Part shown: positions 48,191 through 57,647 of the stretch, piece by piece | Numbering within the stretch: position 1 is the stretch's first letter | How the letters are laid out: every line of letters begins with the position of its first letter | Source of the DNA: Candidatus Latescibacterota bacterium | GTDB lineage: Bacteria; Latescibacterota; UBA2968; UBA8231 | Assembly: GCA_965206595.1 (NCBI GenBank) | Contig: OZ242214.1 | Span: 3,456,001-3,520,000 of the forward strand | Reading direction: 5' to 3' | DNA length: 64,000 nucleotides | Position numbers and translations under genes: made by a program | Notes under the pieces: model-generated | What the model saw: the letters and a program-made list of their open reading frames with translations, nothing else | What the model was told of the DNA's origin: nothing | The model's database searches: none

Positions 48191-50815
48191 GTGATCCACA
48201 CAGCCACTGTTCTCGGGGTTTTCTTCCTTTCCGGAGTCAGCGGCCTCGTCTACCAGATTCTGTGGGTTCGGTTGTTCGGCAACGTCTTCGGAAACACGGT
48301 CCATTCCGCGGCCGCGGTGACCGCGGTGTTCATGTTCGGGCTGGGGGTTGGAAGCTACCTGATCGGCCGCTGGGGGGATCGGCTCTTCCTGTCCGATTCC
48401 AGCCGTCCGCTGCGGTTCTACGCGTACGCGGAGTTCCTGATCGGTCTCTGGTGCCTGGCGATTGCATGGGTCCTGCCCGAGCTCACCGCTCTTTCTGCCT
48501 GGGGGTCGGCCTACATCCCCGGCCAAGAAGGCTGGTTCGAGCTGTCGGGGGCATCGCACCTGCTCCGGTACGGGACCGCGGCATTCCTGCTCGCCCCGGC
48601 AACGTTGCTCATGGGCGGTACCCTGACGCTGCTGATCCGCCACCTCGTGGCACACGAGACTGGCCTCGCCGGCTGGAAAGTCGGGCTGCTCTACGGATTC
48701 AACACCCTCGGGGCTGCGGTGGGAGCCTTTCTCACCGACCTCGCTCTGGTTCCCCTCATCGGGGTCTTCAACACCGAGCTTGCCGCCGTTTCCCTCAATT
48801 GGGGAGCGGGCGCAGTGGCCCTTCTGTGTGCCCACCGCTTCTCCGGACTGCAGGCGCCCTCTCCCCCGGGAGGTGACGAACCCGAAGATACCGAGTCGTT
48901 CGGCCCCGCTTGCGGAGTCGTGGGGTTGACCGCTGTGGCGTTGTTTCTGTCGGGTTTTGCGGCGCTGGGCATGGAGATCGTCTGGTTCAGGTTGCTGATC
49001 TCCATACTGGGCGGATACCGCGCCGTCTTTTCGATCGCCCTCACCGTCATCCTGCTCGGGATCTGGCTCGGGGCTCTACTCGGGGGCGCGGCCCACCGGC
49101 GCTGGGGCAGACCGGCCCTCGCCTACGCCCTCACCCAGTCGCTGTTCGCCATCGCTGCCCTGGGGCTGGCCGCGATGTACGACTCCAGCTTCATCGTGTC
49201 TTATGCGAGCGCGGTCATGGACAGGTACGAGCAAGCGTCGGAGGCGGGACGCTGGTTGATGGACGTGTGGGCCAACTTCCGCGTCGCCCTTCTGCTCGTG
49301 GGTCCACCGGCGGTCTGTCTGGGCTTCACCTTCCCGCTCGCCAACGCCCTGGTGCAGCGTTCCCACGCTTCTGTGGGGGCGCGGGCGGGCGCCCTCTACC
49401 TCTCCAACACCGCCGGGAACGTCACGGGGGCCCTGGTGGCTGGATTCCTGTTCCTGCCGCTGTTCGGTATCCAGAACTGCTTCGCGGTTTTCGCATCCCT
49501 CTCCGTGGCAGGGATCGCGCCGCTGGTGGCGGTCGCGCGAAGGGACCGCTCCTCATCGCGCTTCGAGTGGGGGTTGTTTCTTGGCGGTCCCGCTGCGGCA
49601 GCCGCGGCCGTTGCCGCCTTTCTCGCCCTTCCGGCCGACCACATGCTTCTCCGCTCCTTCGACTTCAGCCTCGCCTCGCGCGGGGAGCGCATCCTGGCCG
49701 CGCACGAGGGGGTCAACGAAACCCTGCTGGTCAGCGAACGTGGAGAGCAGGGGCGCAGGCTGCTCACAAACGGACACCCGATGTCGTCGACCTTGCTGCT
49801 CAACCAGCGCTACATGAGGGCGGCCGCCCATGTCCCGCTGCTGATGCACGAGGAACCGGCCAGCGTCCTCAATATCGCCTTCGGGGTCGGCAACACCCTG
49901 CACGCTGCCTCGCTGCACCCCAGCGTGGAAAGACTCGAGGTCGCCGATCTTTCGCGCGGCATTCTCGAGCACGCCGGCTACTTCGCGATCTCCAACCAGG
50001 ATGTACTGAAGGATCCGCGCGTCCGCGTTTTCATCAACGATGGCAGGCAACACCTGCTCATGCAGGCGGAGGAGGCCTACGACCTCATCGCGCTCGAACC
50101 GCCGCCGATCAACATGGCGGGAACCGCCTCCTTGTACACGCGGGAATTCTACCAGTTGGCGCGCAGTCGCCTGCGCCCCGGGGGGTACATGTCGCAGTGG
50201 CTGCCTGCCCACCAGCTTCCGGCAGAAGCGACCTTCTCTCTAATCCGTGCCTTCCTCGACCTCTTTCCCGAGGCTGTGCTGCTGGGATCGCACCGCAACC
50301 TGATCCTGCTGGGAATTCGCGGTCCAGCGCTCGAGTTGGATATCGGACAGGTGGCCCGGCGTCTCGAGCAGCGTCCTGCAGTCGCCGAAGACCTCGGCTC
50401 GATCCTCATGGGCACCCCGACCGAGCTGGCCGGGACGTTCGTCGCTTCGCGCAGGACGCTGGAAAAGTTGTCGTCGCCAGTGCGGGCCCTGGTCGACGAC
50501 CGCCGGGTGAACGAGTACGCGGCGCGCTCGAACCTGCTGATCAACGTGCAGCCGCGCGAACTGTTCGACATCCGCGACGCCGCCAGCTGGTGCCCTGACT
50601 GCTTTTCCCCGCAACACGCCGCCGGGGCTCTCTCCGACCTTCCCGCCTACCTGGAAATCATGCAGGAGATCTACCGGAGCGAGGCGTTTCTCGTCGATGC
50701 GGCGCGACGGTCCGCACCCGTGCTCGTCGACCTGGAGTCGGAGCCACGCCGCCGCGCCGCCTTGCGCTCACCTTTTCTCAGAATGATGCTTCCGAAGCTG
50801 GCCGGCCGTCGCTGA
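48191..50815 (+). CDS. Fused MFS-like membrane domain / spermidine synthase-like SAM-binding protein
   Basis: 'SGLVYQILWVR', 'LMGGTL', 'LYGFNTLGA', 'VLNIAFGVG', 'NDGRQHL', 'YDLIALEPPP', 'SLYTREFY', 'QWLP'. Confidence 0.9.
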   Translation: MIHTATVLGVFFLSGVSGLVYQILWVRLFGNVFGNTVHSAAAVTAVFMFGLGVGSYLIGRWGDRLFLSDSSRPLRFYAYAEFLIGLWCLAIAWVLPELTALSAWGSAYIPGQEGWFELSGASHLLRYGTAAFLLAPATLLMGGTLTLLIRHLVAHETGLAGWKVGLLYGFNTLGAAVGAFLTDLALVPLIGVFNTELAAVSLNWGAGAVALLCAHRFSGLQAPSPPGGDEPEDTESFGPACGVVGLTAVALFLSGFAALGMEIVWFRLLISILGGYRAVFSIALTVILLGIWLGALLGGAAHRRWGRPALAYALTQSLFAIAALGLAAMYDSSFIVSYASAVMDRYEQASEAGRWLMDVWANFRVALLLVGPPAVCLGFTFPLANALVQRSHASVGARAGALYLSNTAGNVTGALVAGFLFLPLFGIQNCFAVFASLSVAGIAPLVAVARRDRSSSRFEWGLFLGGPAAAAAAVAAFLALPADHMLLRSFDFSLASRGERILAAHEGVNETLLVSERGEQGRRLLTNGHPMSSTLLLNQRYMRAAAHVPLLMHEEPASVLNIAFGVGNTLHAASLHPSVERLEVADLSRGILEHAGYFAISNQDVLKDPRVRVFINDGRQHLLMQAEEAYDLIALEPPPINMAGTASLYTREFYQLARSRLRPGGYMSQWLPAHQLPAEATFSLIRAFLDLFPEAVLLGSHRNLILLGIRGPALELDIGQVARRLEQRPAVAEDLGSILMGTPTELAGTFVASRRTLEKLSSPVRALVDDRRVNEYAARSNLLINVQPRELFDIRDAASWCPDCFSPQHAAGALSDLPAYLEIMQEIYRSEAFLVDAARRSAPVLVDLESEPRRRAALRSPFLRMMLPKLAGRR

Positions 50816-50848
50816 AAGCAGGGCGTCGCCGCATCGGCGAGACTCCTG

Positions 50849-52783
50849 CTACTCCTCGGTGACGGTCATCAGCTGGCCCGAGGCGAACGGTCCCTCCAGG
50901 CTCTGGTCTTTCCCCGAGGGCCAGCGCACCGAGATGCGGTCGGCCGCGGCCGCTTCCCCGAGTCCGAAATACAACGGCATGTCGCTCTGCGACAGGTACC
51001 CCGACTGCCCGTCGTTGATCTTCCTGTAGGTGTTTCCCCCTGCCGCGACCTCGACCACCGCCCCGATGCCGCTCCTGTTGGACACCGTTCCCCGAAGCTG
51101 CACCGACAGGCAGTGGACCTGCTTTTTCTGGGAGAGGTCGCTGACCAGAACCATGGGCTCGGAGTTGAACTCGTTGGTTACGATGTCGAGGTCGCCGTCT
51201 CCTTCGATGTCGAAGAAAACCGACGCGCGCGAGCCGAGGGCCGCCCACACCACGAACTTCCCGGCCCGGTCGGCGCAGTGCTCGTGGCCGGCGGTGGCCT
51301 CGTCGTCGCAGTCGAGAAGGAACCACGCCTTGGCGGTGCGCCCGGACCTCCGCGGCTCGACCCCTAGGATGAACTCGGCATCGAGAAACCCCTGCCCTGC
51401 GTTGTTGACCAGCAGGGTGTTGATCCCGTAGCGGAACGGGTAATTCATGCTCGAGGCGATGAAGATGTCGTCGAAACCGTCGGCGTTCAGGTCTCCGACG
51501 CTGAATCCCCAGGGCCACAGGTTCTCGGCTCCGACGGCGTCGGATACCTCGGCGTACTCCCCGCCGCCGTCGTTGCGGTAGAAGGCGTTGCCGAACACGC
51601 TCATCCCCTGGTCGCGCAGGAAGTCCGGCGGGTACTTCATGTTGGCCTTGCGCTTCTCCCTGTCCGGGGGGACGTCGTCGCTCATGTCGGAGTGCATATC
51701 GCTGACGAACAGGTCGAAATCGCCGTCGTTGTCAAAATCGAACACCTTGGCGCACATCGCTCCCCAGGGGGTTTTGGGGAAAACCTCGCGGCTTCTCAGG
51801 GCGAACCCCTTCCCCCCCTGGTTTTCATAGAACTCGTCGTGCCCCTGCATATCCAGGGTGTAGAGGTCGATCCAGCCGTCCTCGTTGACGTCGATCGGGG
51901 TAGCCGCTCCGGACCAGCCGGTGTCGATGAGGGCCATCTGCTCCGTGACGTCGGCAAAGCGGTTGCCGCCCTCGTTGCGGTAGAGGATGCTGGGCTCCGT
52001 GCGCCCTGGTTTGAGGTGGCCGGCGAAGGCATCGCCGAAGGCTGCGAAATATTCGTACGATGCCGACGAGTCCGGATCGACGGCGTCGAGGGGGGCGGTG
52101 ATCACCTCGTCCCTCGTGTAAACGCCGACGTTGCACAGGTACAGATCCAGCAGACCGTCGCGATCGTAGTCGAAGAAGACGGCGGCAGAGGAATGGCCGC
52201 TGTAGGAAAGGCTGGAAGGTCCGGTTACGTCTGAAAACAGGCCGGAACCCTGGTTCTCGAAAAGGAAATTGCCGCCGCGGACAGTGGTCGCGAACAGGTC
52301 GGGGTCGCCATCGTTGTCGGTGTCGGCGAACGAGGCGCTGACCCCAATGGGGGCGCTGATGTCGATACCTGGAGAAGAGGCGGTGAAATCCTCGAACCGA
52401 CCTCCTCCGGCGTTGCGCCACAGCTCGTTCGCACCCGCCTGCGTCGAGAAATAGATATCGAGCTGCCCGTCTCCATCGATGTCGGCGACGGCGACACCGT
52501 TGCCGTGGTCGTAGTGGGAGGGCTTGTACTTCAGACCCGTGTCGTCGGTGCAGATGTTGGCGAAGGTGATCCCGCTGTCCTCGTAGCGATCGCTGAAAGC
52601 GAAACCCACGAAGGCACCGAAGCTGCCTGCCGTCTCCAACTGTTGTTGCCTGCGCGTCTCAATCCAGGAGGGCTCGATGATCTCGAGCGGGACCGGCAGG
52701 GAGCGCCGCATCGATGCGACCCCGCTCTCCGTGGCCAGCAGGTGGACACCCACTGCGACAGCGAGGGCGATTCTCCTTTTCAT
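50849..52783 (-). CDS. CRTAC1-family protein (FG-GAP repeats + ASPIC/UnbV)
   Basis: Repeated DxDxDGxxDL motifs; C-terminal 'SNRSGIGAVV...GYLSQS..LYFGLG...VRWPSG'. Confidence 0.92.
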   Translation of the reverse strand: MKRRIALAVAVGVHLLATESGVASMRRSLPVPLEIIEPSWIETRRQQQLETAGSFGAFVGFAFSDRYEDSGITFANICTDDTGLKYKPSHYDHGNGVAVADIDGDGQLDIYFSTQAGANELWRNAGGGRFEDFTASSPGIDISAPIGVSASFADTDNDGDPDLFATTVRGGNFLFENQGSGLFSDVTGPSSLSYSGHSSAAVFFDYDRDGLLDLYLCNVGVYTRDEVITAPLDAVDPDSSASYEYFAAFGDAFAGHLKPGRTEPSILYRNEGGNRFADVTEQMALIDTGWSGAATPIDVNEDGWIDLYTLDMQGHDEFYENQGGKGFALRSREVFPKTPWGAMCAKVFDFDNDGDFDLFVSDMHSDMSDDVPPDREKRKANMKYPPDFLRDQGMSVFGNAFYRNDGGGEYAEVSDAVGAENLWPWGFSVGDLNADGFDDIFIASSMNYPFRYGINTLLVNNAGQGFLDAEFILGVEPRRSGRTAKAWFLLDCDDEATAGHEHCADRAGKFVVWAALGSRASVFFDIEGDGDLDIVTNEFNSEPMVLVSDLSQKKQVHCLSVQLRGTVSNRSGIGAVVEVAAGGNTYRKINDGQSGYLSQSDMPLYFGLGEAAAADRISVRWPSGKDQSLEGPFASGQLMTVTEE

Positions 52784-52914
52784 GCCTGCGTCCTTCCCCA
52801 CGCGGCTATGGGTTGCGATCCCTTTTCAGCCCGGGCATGGCACATCCCGGCTACGTCCAATTGGCGAGGAGCTCGTCCCCCAGCCAATGGATCTGCTCCC
52901 CAGTGCTTCGATTT

Positions 52915-54570
52915 CTATATCTTGGCCAGTTCGTCGTAAAAGACGCGAACCGCGTGCTTCTGGCGAAGCGTTCGCACGTAGTCGATAAAGGCGCGCTTGC
53001 GTTTGCGGATCTTCACTATGGCCGCGGCGCGCCGAGCCGACTCGGAGTACGGCCGCAATACCGGCGGCTCGCGACCGATGATTTTGCACACGGAGTAGCC
53101 GCTGTGCGTCTTGACCGGACCGAACACCGCCCCGTCCTCCAGTCCCTCCGCGGTCTCGTAGAGTTTCCTGTGCCGGCTGTTCTTCGATATGGTAATGCGG
53201 CCGTCGTGGTGGGCCATTCCCTCGCGAATGGTGTATTCCCTGGCAAGCTTCTCTGCATCTTCTCCGGCATCGAGCTGTTCCCTGATCCACTCCCCTTCTT
53301 CGGGGATACCGAGGAGGATCTCGGTGACTTCGATCTCCTCCCCGGTGTGGAATACCTCGGGGTGGTTGTCGTAATAGTCACGAGCCTCCTGCTCGCTGAC
53401 AGTCACCATGCGGTCCACGTTGCGTAGCCGCAGCTCCTGCATCTGCTGATCCTGGCGGTAGAGATCCAGGGCGCGCAGGATCGTTTCATCCTGATCGATT
53501 CCCGCGGCAGTCGCCTCGGCGATGAACAGCTCCTGGGGGACGACTCCTTCCTCGAGGAATTGCACGAACGCCCCGGGATCGCTGTACTGCCCCGGATCTC
53601 GCTTTCCCTCGGGAACGAACTGCAGGAACTCGACCAGGGAAATGCTCCCACTTTTGTAGGTACAGATCGGAAGCCGCCGTATGGATTCGAAGTCGGCATC
53701 GAGCGAACCGCCTCGCAGCACGATTTCCACCGCCTCCATGTTGATCCGGGGTTCGTACACCATTTGCAGCGAATCGGCGAGCACCTCCGCCCTCTCCGCC
53801 CGCTTCCGTCCGTACACCTCCTCGGCGACGACCTCGCGGACCTCGTACAGGGGAACGTGAACCTCGTCCAGCACCTTGATGATGGTATAGCGCCACTTCT
53901 TCTCGTAGAGGAACCTCATCGGCTCGGTGATCTCGCCTACCTGGAGCCTGAAGATCTTCCGCAGAAACTTCGAGGTGTCGTCGAACCTCATGTACTGGGG
54001 GACGACTCCGCCCTGATCGCGCGTTTCCTTGTAAAGCGATCTCTGGCGCGCAAGCTCCCCGAAGTCCGCCCCGTCCAGTATCTCCTGCCGCGTGGCGAGC
54101 GCCTCTTCCTCGGTTTCGAGAAGGATGCCGGCGACGCGAAGGGATCGGTCGCGGCCTCCGAGCTTCTGCTGCGCGAGCAACTCCTCTTCGCTGACTTCGA
54201 TCTGACGGTTGATCGCCTGTCGCTTGTACTCGGTCAGCACCTTCTGTCTGTGAAAAACCTCGAGTTTTGCGAGGAATTCCGGTTCGGCGCCGATGCCCGA
54301 ATCTTCGGCCTCTTTGAGAAGCAGCTTTTTGTCGATGAGACTTTCGAGCATCAGACTGTCGGGTGCAGGACCCGACTTCCCCGACCTGCGGATATCTTCT
54401 ACCGCCTTGCTGAATTCCCTGAGCTCTTCCGCGGTCACATGCTGACCCGCGATTTCGGCAAGTACGACATCCGCGGCGGATGCAATTCCGGTTCGACACA
54501 GTACGGCGACGGCGCACGCCGTCAGGATGAGATTCATTTGCATGGTCCTCGATCGTGCAGTAGTGGACAC
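52915..54570 (-). CDS. Periplasmic parvulin-type peptidyl-prolyl isomerase/chaperone, two rotamase domains (start may be ATG 54543)
   Basis: 'GADFGELARQRS...GG', 'GEDAEKLAREYT', 'GPVKTHSGYSVCK'; signal peptide. Confidence 0.85.
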   Translation of the reverse strand: MSTTARSRTMQMNLILTACAVAVLCRTGIASAADVVLAEIAGQHVTAEELREFSKAVEDIRRSGKSGPAPDSLMLESLIDKKLLLKEAEDSGIGAEPEFLAKLEVFHRQKVLTEYKRQAINRQIEVSEEELLAQQKLGGRDRSLRVAGILLETEEEALATRQEILDGADFGELARQRSLYKETRDQGGVVPQYMRFDDTSKFLRKIFRLQVGEITEPMRFLYEKKWRYTIIKVLDEVHVPLYEVREVVAEEVYGRKRAERAEVLADSLQMVYEPRINMEAVEIVLRGGSLDADFESIRRLPICTYKSGSISLVEFLQFVPEGKRDPGQYSDPGAFVQFLEEGVVPQELFIAEATAAGIDQDETILRALDLYRQDQQMQELRLRNVDRMVTVSEQEARDYYDNHPEVFHTGEEIEVTEILLGIPEEGEWIREQLDAGEDAEKLAREYTIREGMAHHDGRITISKNSRHRKLYETAEGLEDGAVFGPVKTHSGYSVCKIIGREPPVLRPYSESARRAAAIVKIRKRKRAFIDYVRTLRQKHAVRVFYDELAKI

Positions 54571-54571
54571 T

Positions 54572-57196
54572 TCAATACGTCAGGGCAACGGTGCGGAAGA
54601 TCTCCCGATCCTCGACTCCCGATCCATCGGTGTCGCTGCCGAGGCGCAAGCGCAGGGCATAGAGGCCAGGCGGTACGAGGTTCCCCGCTTCGTCGCGCCC
54701 ATCCCACGGAATCGAGTAGGTGCCGGCGCTTACATTGCGCTGCTCTCCGAGGAGCCGGACCCTGCGGCCTGCAAGATCGAATATATCCGCTTCGACCGCG
54801 GTGCTCCCACCGACCATCATGAGCGTGAAGTCCAGGGTCATTACATCGTTGACGCGATCATCGTTGGGGGAAAAGACAGGAGGATTTACCGCCAGGTTTC
54901 CAAACAGCTCCTTGCGCTCGGGCTGGGCCACTACCTGAAGCGAAGCGCGGGTCACCTTCTCGTCGACCCGTTGCCAAAGGCCGTCTCCCGAGCCTCGCAG
55001 CAACGCCTGCAGGCGTCCCCCGGTGGAGTAGAGGGTACCCCGAAAGTCGACGCGCACCACCTCGGTTCCCGACCGCACCTCCGGGAAAGCAAGGTGCAAG
55101 CTGTCGCCTCCGGCCAACACCTCGATCCCTTCCAACACCTGATCGCCGGTGTCGCCACCCTCTTCGAAAACGGAAGCCGGGCCTGCGAATACTGATTCGC
55201 GCACCGGATCGAAGCTCAATTTCATCCCCGCAGGCGCCACCAGCAGCAACTCGTTGAAGGGATTGCCCTGATCCTCGATTTCGACCAGCAGCGAGAACCC
55301 GCGCTCGACTCCCAAATGGTCCACGCGGGACGGGATCACCTGGCCCCGAAGGCTGTTGGCCACCGGATCCGAGAAGTTGATCTTGATGGAACTCAGGCTG
55401 GCGTGGACATTCGGATCGTCGGACAGCAAGGTAGCCCGGATTGTCAGGAATTCGCGCGGCGAAGGCGAGGTGATCGCGCTGCCCGAGGCCACTCCGTACG
55501 GCTCGCTCCAAGGCTCCCAGTCACTGCCCGCCACTTCCTCGGGAACGATATCCCCTTTCTGCGAGCTGATGCGGATCTTGCTGTACGCCTCCTCTGTAAT
55601 TTTCGTTCCATCCGCCTTGAAGTAGTGCAACAGAGTGTCGAGGGTGTTCCCCGTTCGCGTCTGGAGCTGCACCCGCGTTCCGGGAGGGGCATCGGCGTCC
55701 CACTCGATCGTTGTCAGGTTGCGGCTTCCCCCCAGCTGGATCAGGTCCGAAGTGAGTTCCACCTGCGGCTGATATCCCTGCCCGATCAGCTGCAGGTCGC
55801 CAACGTAGGCGACTACGTTGGCGGGGTATTGGTTCTTGCCGGCGCGCCGATACTGCAGTCGAAAGAAGCGGGCTTTGACCGGCTCGAAGTCGAAGCCGTA
55901 GAGATGGACGAGGCCGCTGGTCGCGGTACGCTGCGGCAGACCGCCGTATTCCACCATGCGTTCCCACTTCAGCGATCCATCTATTTCACGAGTGCCGTCG
56001 GAGAAATCGATCGCGAACCCTCCGAAGGTCCAGGCGTGCTCTCCGGCCCTGAAATTGAGCGACATGCGTTTTCCCTCTATCCAGAAGAAGGAACCGAGAT
56101 CGGCGATGAGATCGACGAGAAACGAGGCGTCGTGAAGTCCGGAAGCTGCGAGGTTGAAGGCGAGATAGCTTTCGATTGTCCCGTCGAGGAGGATCTGCGG
56201 ATTGAGATCAGCGGCGCCGAGCACGTGGGTGGTGGTATGCGAGAATGAGCCCCCACGGGTCAGGGTTTCCTTGAAAATGTCGTCGCCGTCGCCCCATACC
56301 TCGAGCTCTGCGAGGCGCGGCCGCTCCCTTCGGAAGTAGCGAATCGGGCCGCGGCGGCCCTCCTCGAGTTGGTCGTAGATCGCCTTGGTGACAGCGAGCT
56401 CCCCCCCAGTTGACAACAGTTTGGTGTATTCCACCAGACCTGTGTCCCCAGGAGCCTCCTGCCTCAGCAACTCGAAGTCTTCCCGCGATATCTCGCGTCC
56501 CCTTTGCAAACCGGAGCCGTTGACTACTACCTGGACCAGACGCACCAGGCGCTTCCGGTGCTGCTCTAGTGGCAGGTTGGCAAGATCGATCTCAATCACC
56601 CGCTCGTTCACGTTTGCCCGCAGAGTCTGGTACACTCGCGTGAAATCGACGGATTTGCCGGCTATCGCCTTGACCGGTTTTTGCCCGTCCGAGACCATCA
56701 CGTCGAAGAGCTGAAAGGGATCACCCAGATCCTCTTCGACGAAGCGGAGCACGATCTTGTTTGCGATCACGGTTCGTCCCATGTCGACAGTGAACCACCA
56801 TTGCAGGCCGAGATCCCTGGCCGAGCCAGACGGGGGGGAGGGCTCCCAATACGTTGTCAGGTCCCCGTCGAACAGGTTGACGACGTCTTCGCGGTTGGCA
56901 CCGGCATCGACCGCGTCGAGCAGGACAATCTCTTCGGGATCCTTCTTGATGTTGCCGGGTGGGTTTGAGCGCAGATTTTCTTCGATGTCACGCACGGCGT
57001 TCGTATTCGTGCGCCAGAATCTCGGTCGGACCCCCTCGTCGTCGATCACCAAGGTACCGAGGGGAAATATCCAGCTTTCCCAGTGGGTCTGGCCATCGAC
57101 AATTATGGAACCGGGGCGCACGGCGTGGCCGCTTTGCGATCCTGCATCGTTGGCGAGCAACGCCAAGGCCGAACATAGGACGGGGAATCTTTTCAT
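54572..57196 (-). CDS. Large secreted FlgD-Ig-tailed protein (paralog B)
   Basis: Collinear with 44234-46915; signal peptide; 'FSPNDDRVND...WDGRDEAGNLVPPGLY'. Confidence 0.87.
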   Translation of the reverse strand: MKRFPVLCSALALLANDAGSQSGHAVRPGSIIVDGQTHWESWIFPLGTLVIDDEGVRPRFWRTNTNAVRDIEENLRSNPPGNIKKDPEEIVLLDAVDAGANREDVVNLFDGDLTTYWEPSPPSGSARDLGLQWWFTVDMGRTVIANKIVLRFVEEDLGDPFQLFDVMVSDGQKPVKAIAGKSVDFTRVYQTLRANVNERVIEIDLANLPLEQHRKRLVRLVQVVVNGSGLQRGREISREDFELLRQEAPGDTGLVEYTKLLSTGGELAVTKAIYDQLEEGRRGPIRYFRRERPRLAELEVWGDGDDIFKETLTRGGSFSHTTTHVLGAADLNPQILLDGTIESYLAFNLAASGLHDASFLVDLIADLGSFFWIEGKRMSLNFRAGEHAWTFGGFAIDFSDGTREIDGSLKWERMVEYGGLPQRTATSGLVHLYGFDFEPVKARFFRLQYRRAGKNQYPANVVAYVGDLQLIGQGYQPQVELTSDLIQLGGSRNLTTIEWDADAPPGTRVQLQTRTGNTLDTLLHYFKADGTKITEEAYSKIRISSQKGDIVPEEVAGSDWEPWSEPYGVASGSAITSPSPREFLTIRATLLSDDPNVHASLSSIKINFSDPVANSLRGQVIPSRVDHLGVERGFSLLVEIEDQGNPFNELLLVAPAGMKLSFDPVRESVFAGPASVFEEGGDTGDQVLEGIEVLAGGDSLHLAFPEVRSGTEVVRVDFRGTLYSTGGRLQALLRGSGDGLWQRVDEKVTRASLQVVAQPERKELFGNLAVNPPVFSPNDDRVNDVMTLDFTLMMVGGSTAVEADIFDLAGRRVRLLGEQRNVSAGTYSIPWDGRDEAGNLVPPGLYALRLRLGSDTDGSGVEDREIFRTVALTY

Positions 57197-57233
57197 CGCT
57201 GAAATCCTCGTTCTAATTTGTCAATCCACAGGC

Positions 57234-57450
57234 GATCGGTAGCGGTCTCTTCGTCCGCTTCGACTTCCAGCCTCAGCAGATACAAGCCGGGGAAAAACAG
57301 CCTGGCCTCCTCGTCACGGCCATCCCAGGTCGCGGTAAGACGGTCGCTGATCCCCGCTTCCACCGGAATACTCGTTACACGCATTCCCGCCAGATTGAAC
57401 ACCTCCCGCCAAGTTCACCAGATCGTATTCAACTATCAGAAGATCGTTGG
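57234..57450 (-). pseudogene. Remnant C-terminal FlgD-Ig fragment of a further paralog
   Basis: Matches 57680-57910 (ggccatcccaggtcgc, cccgccagattgaacacctcc, gttcaccagatcgtattc) with an internal deletion. Confidence 0.8.
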
Positions 57451-57647
57451 AATGGGCATTCATGTCTGTCTTCAAATGCCTGCAGGGCCGTGGGCCCACT
57501 TCGACCTGCGGTACCGCAGTGATTCTCGGGGGATCCACCGCCAGACTGTTCGACAAACAACCTAAAGCAAAGAGGGAGCAGCTCCAATGTGGTCCGCTCC
57601 CTCTTTGCTTTGCAACCAGAATATTTCCAAGGGCTTAAATCACAACT

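Noticed and set aside
50849-52783. Enediyne biosynthetic cluster (UnbV)
   Set aside because: No PKS or other enediyne cassette genes; the ASPIC/UnbV domain is widespread.
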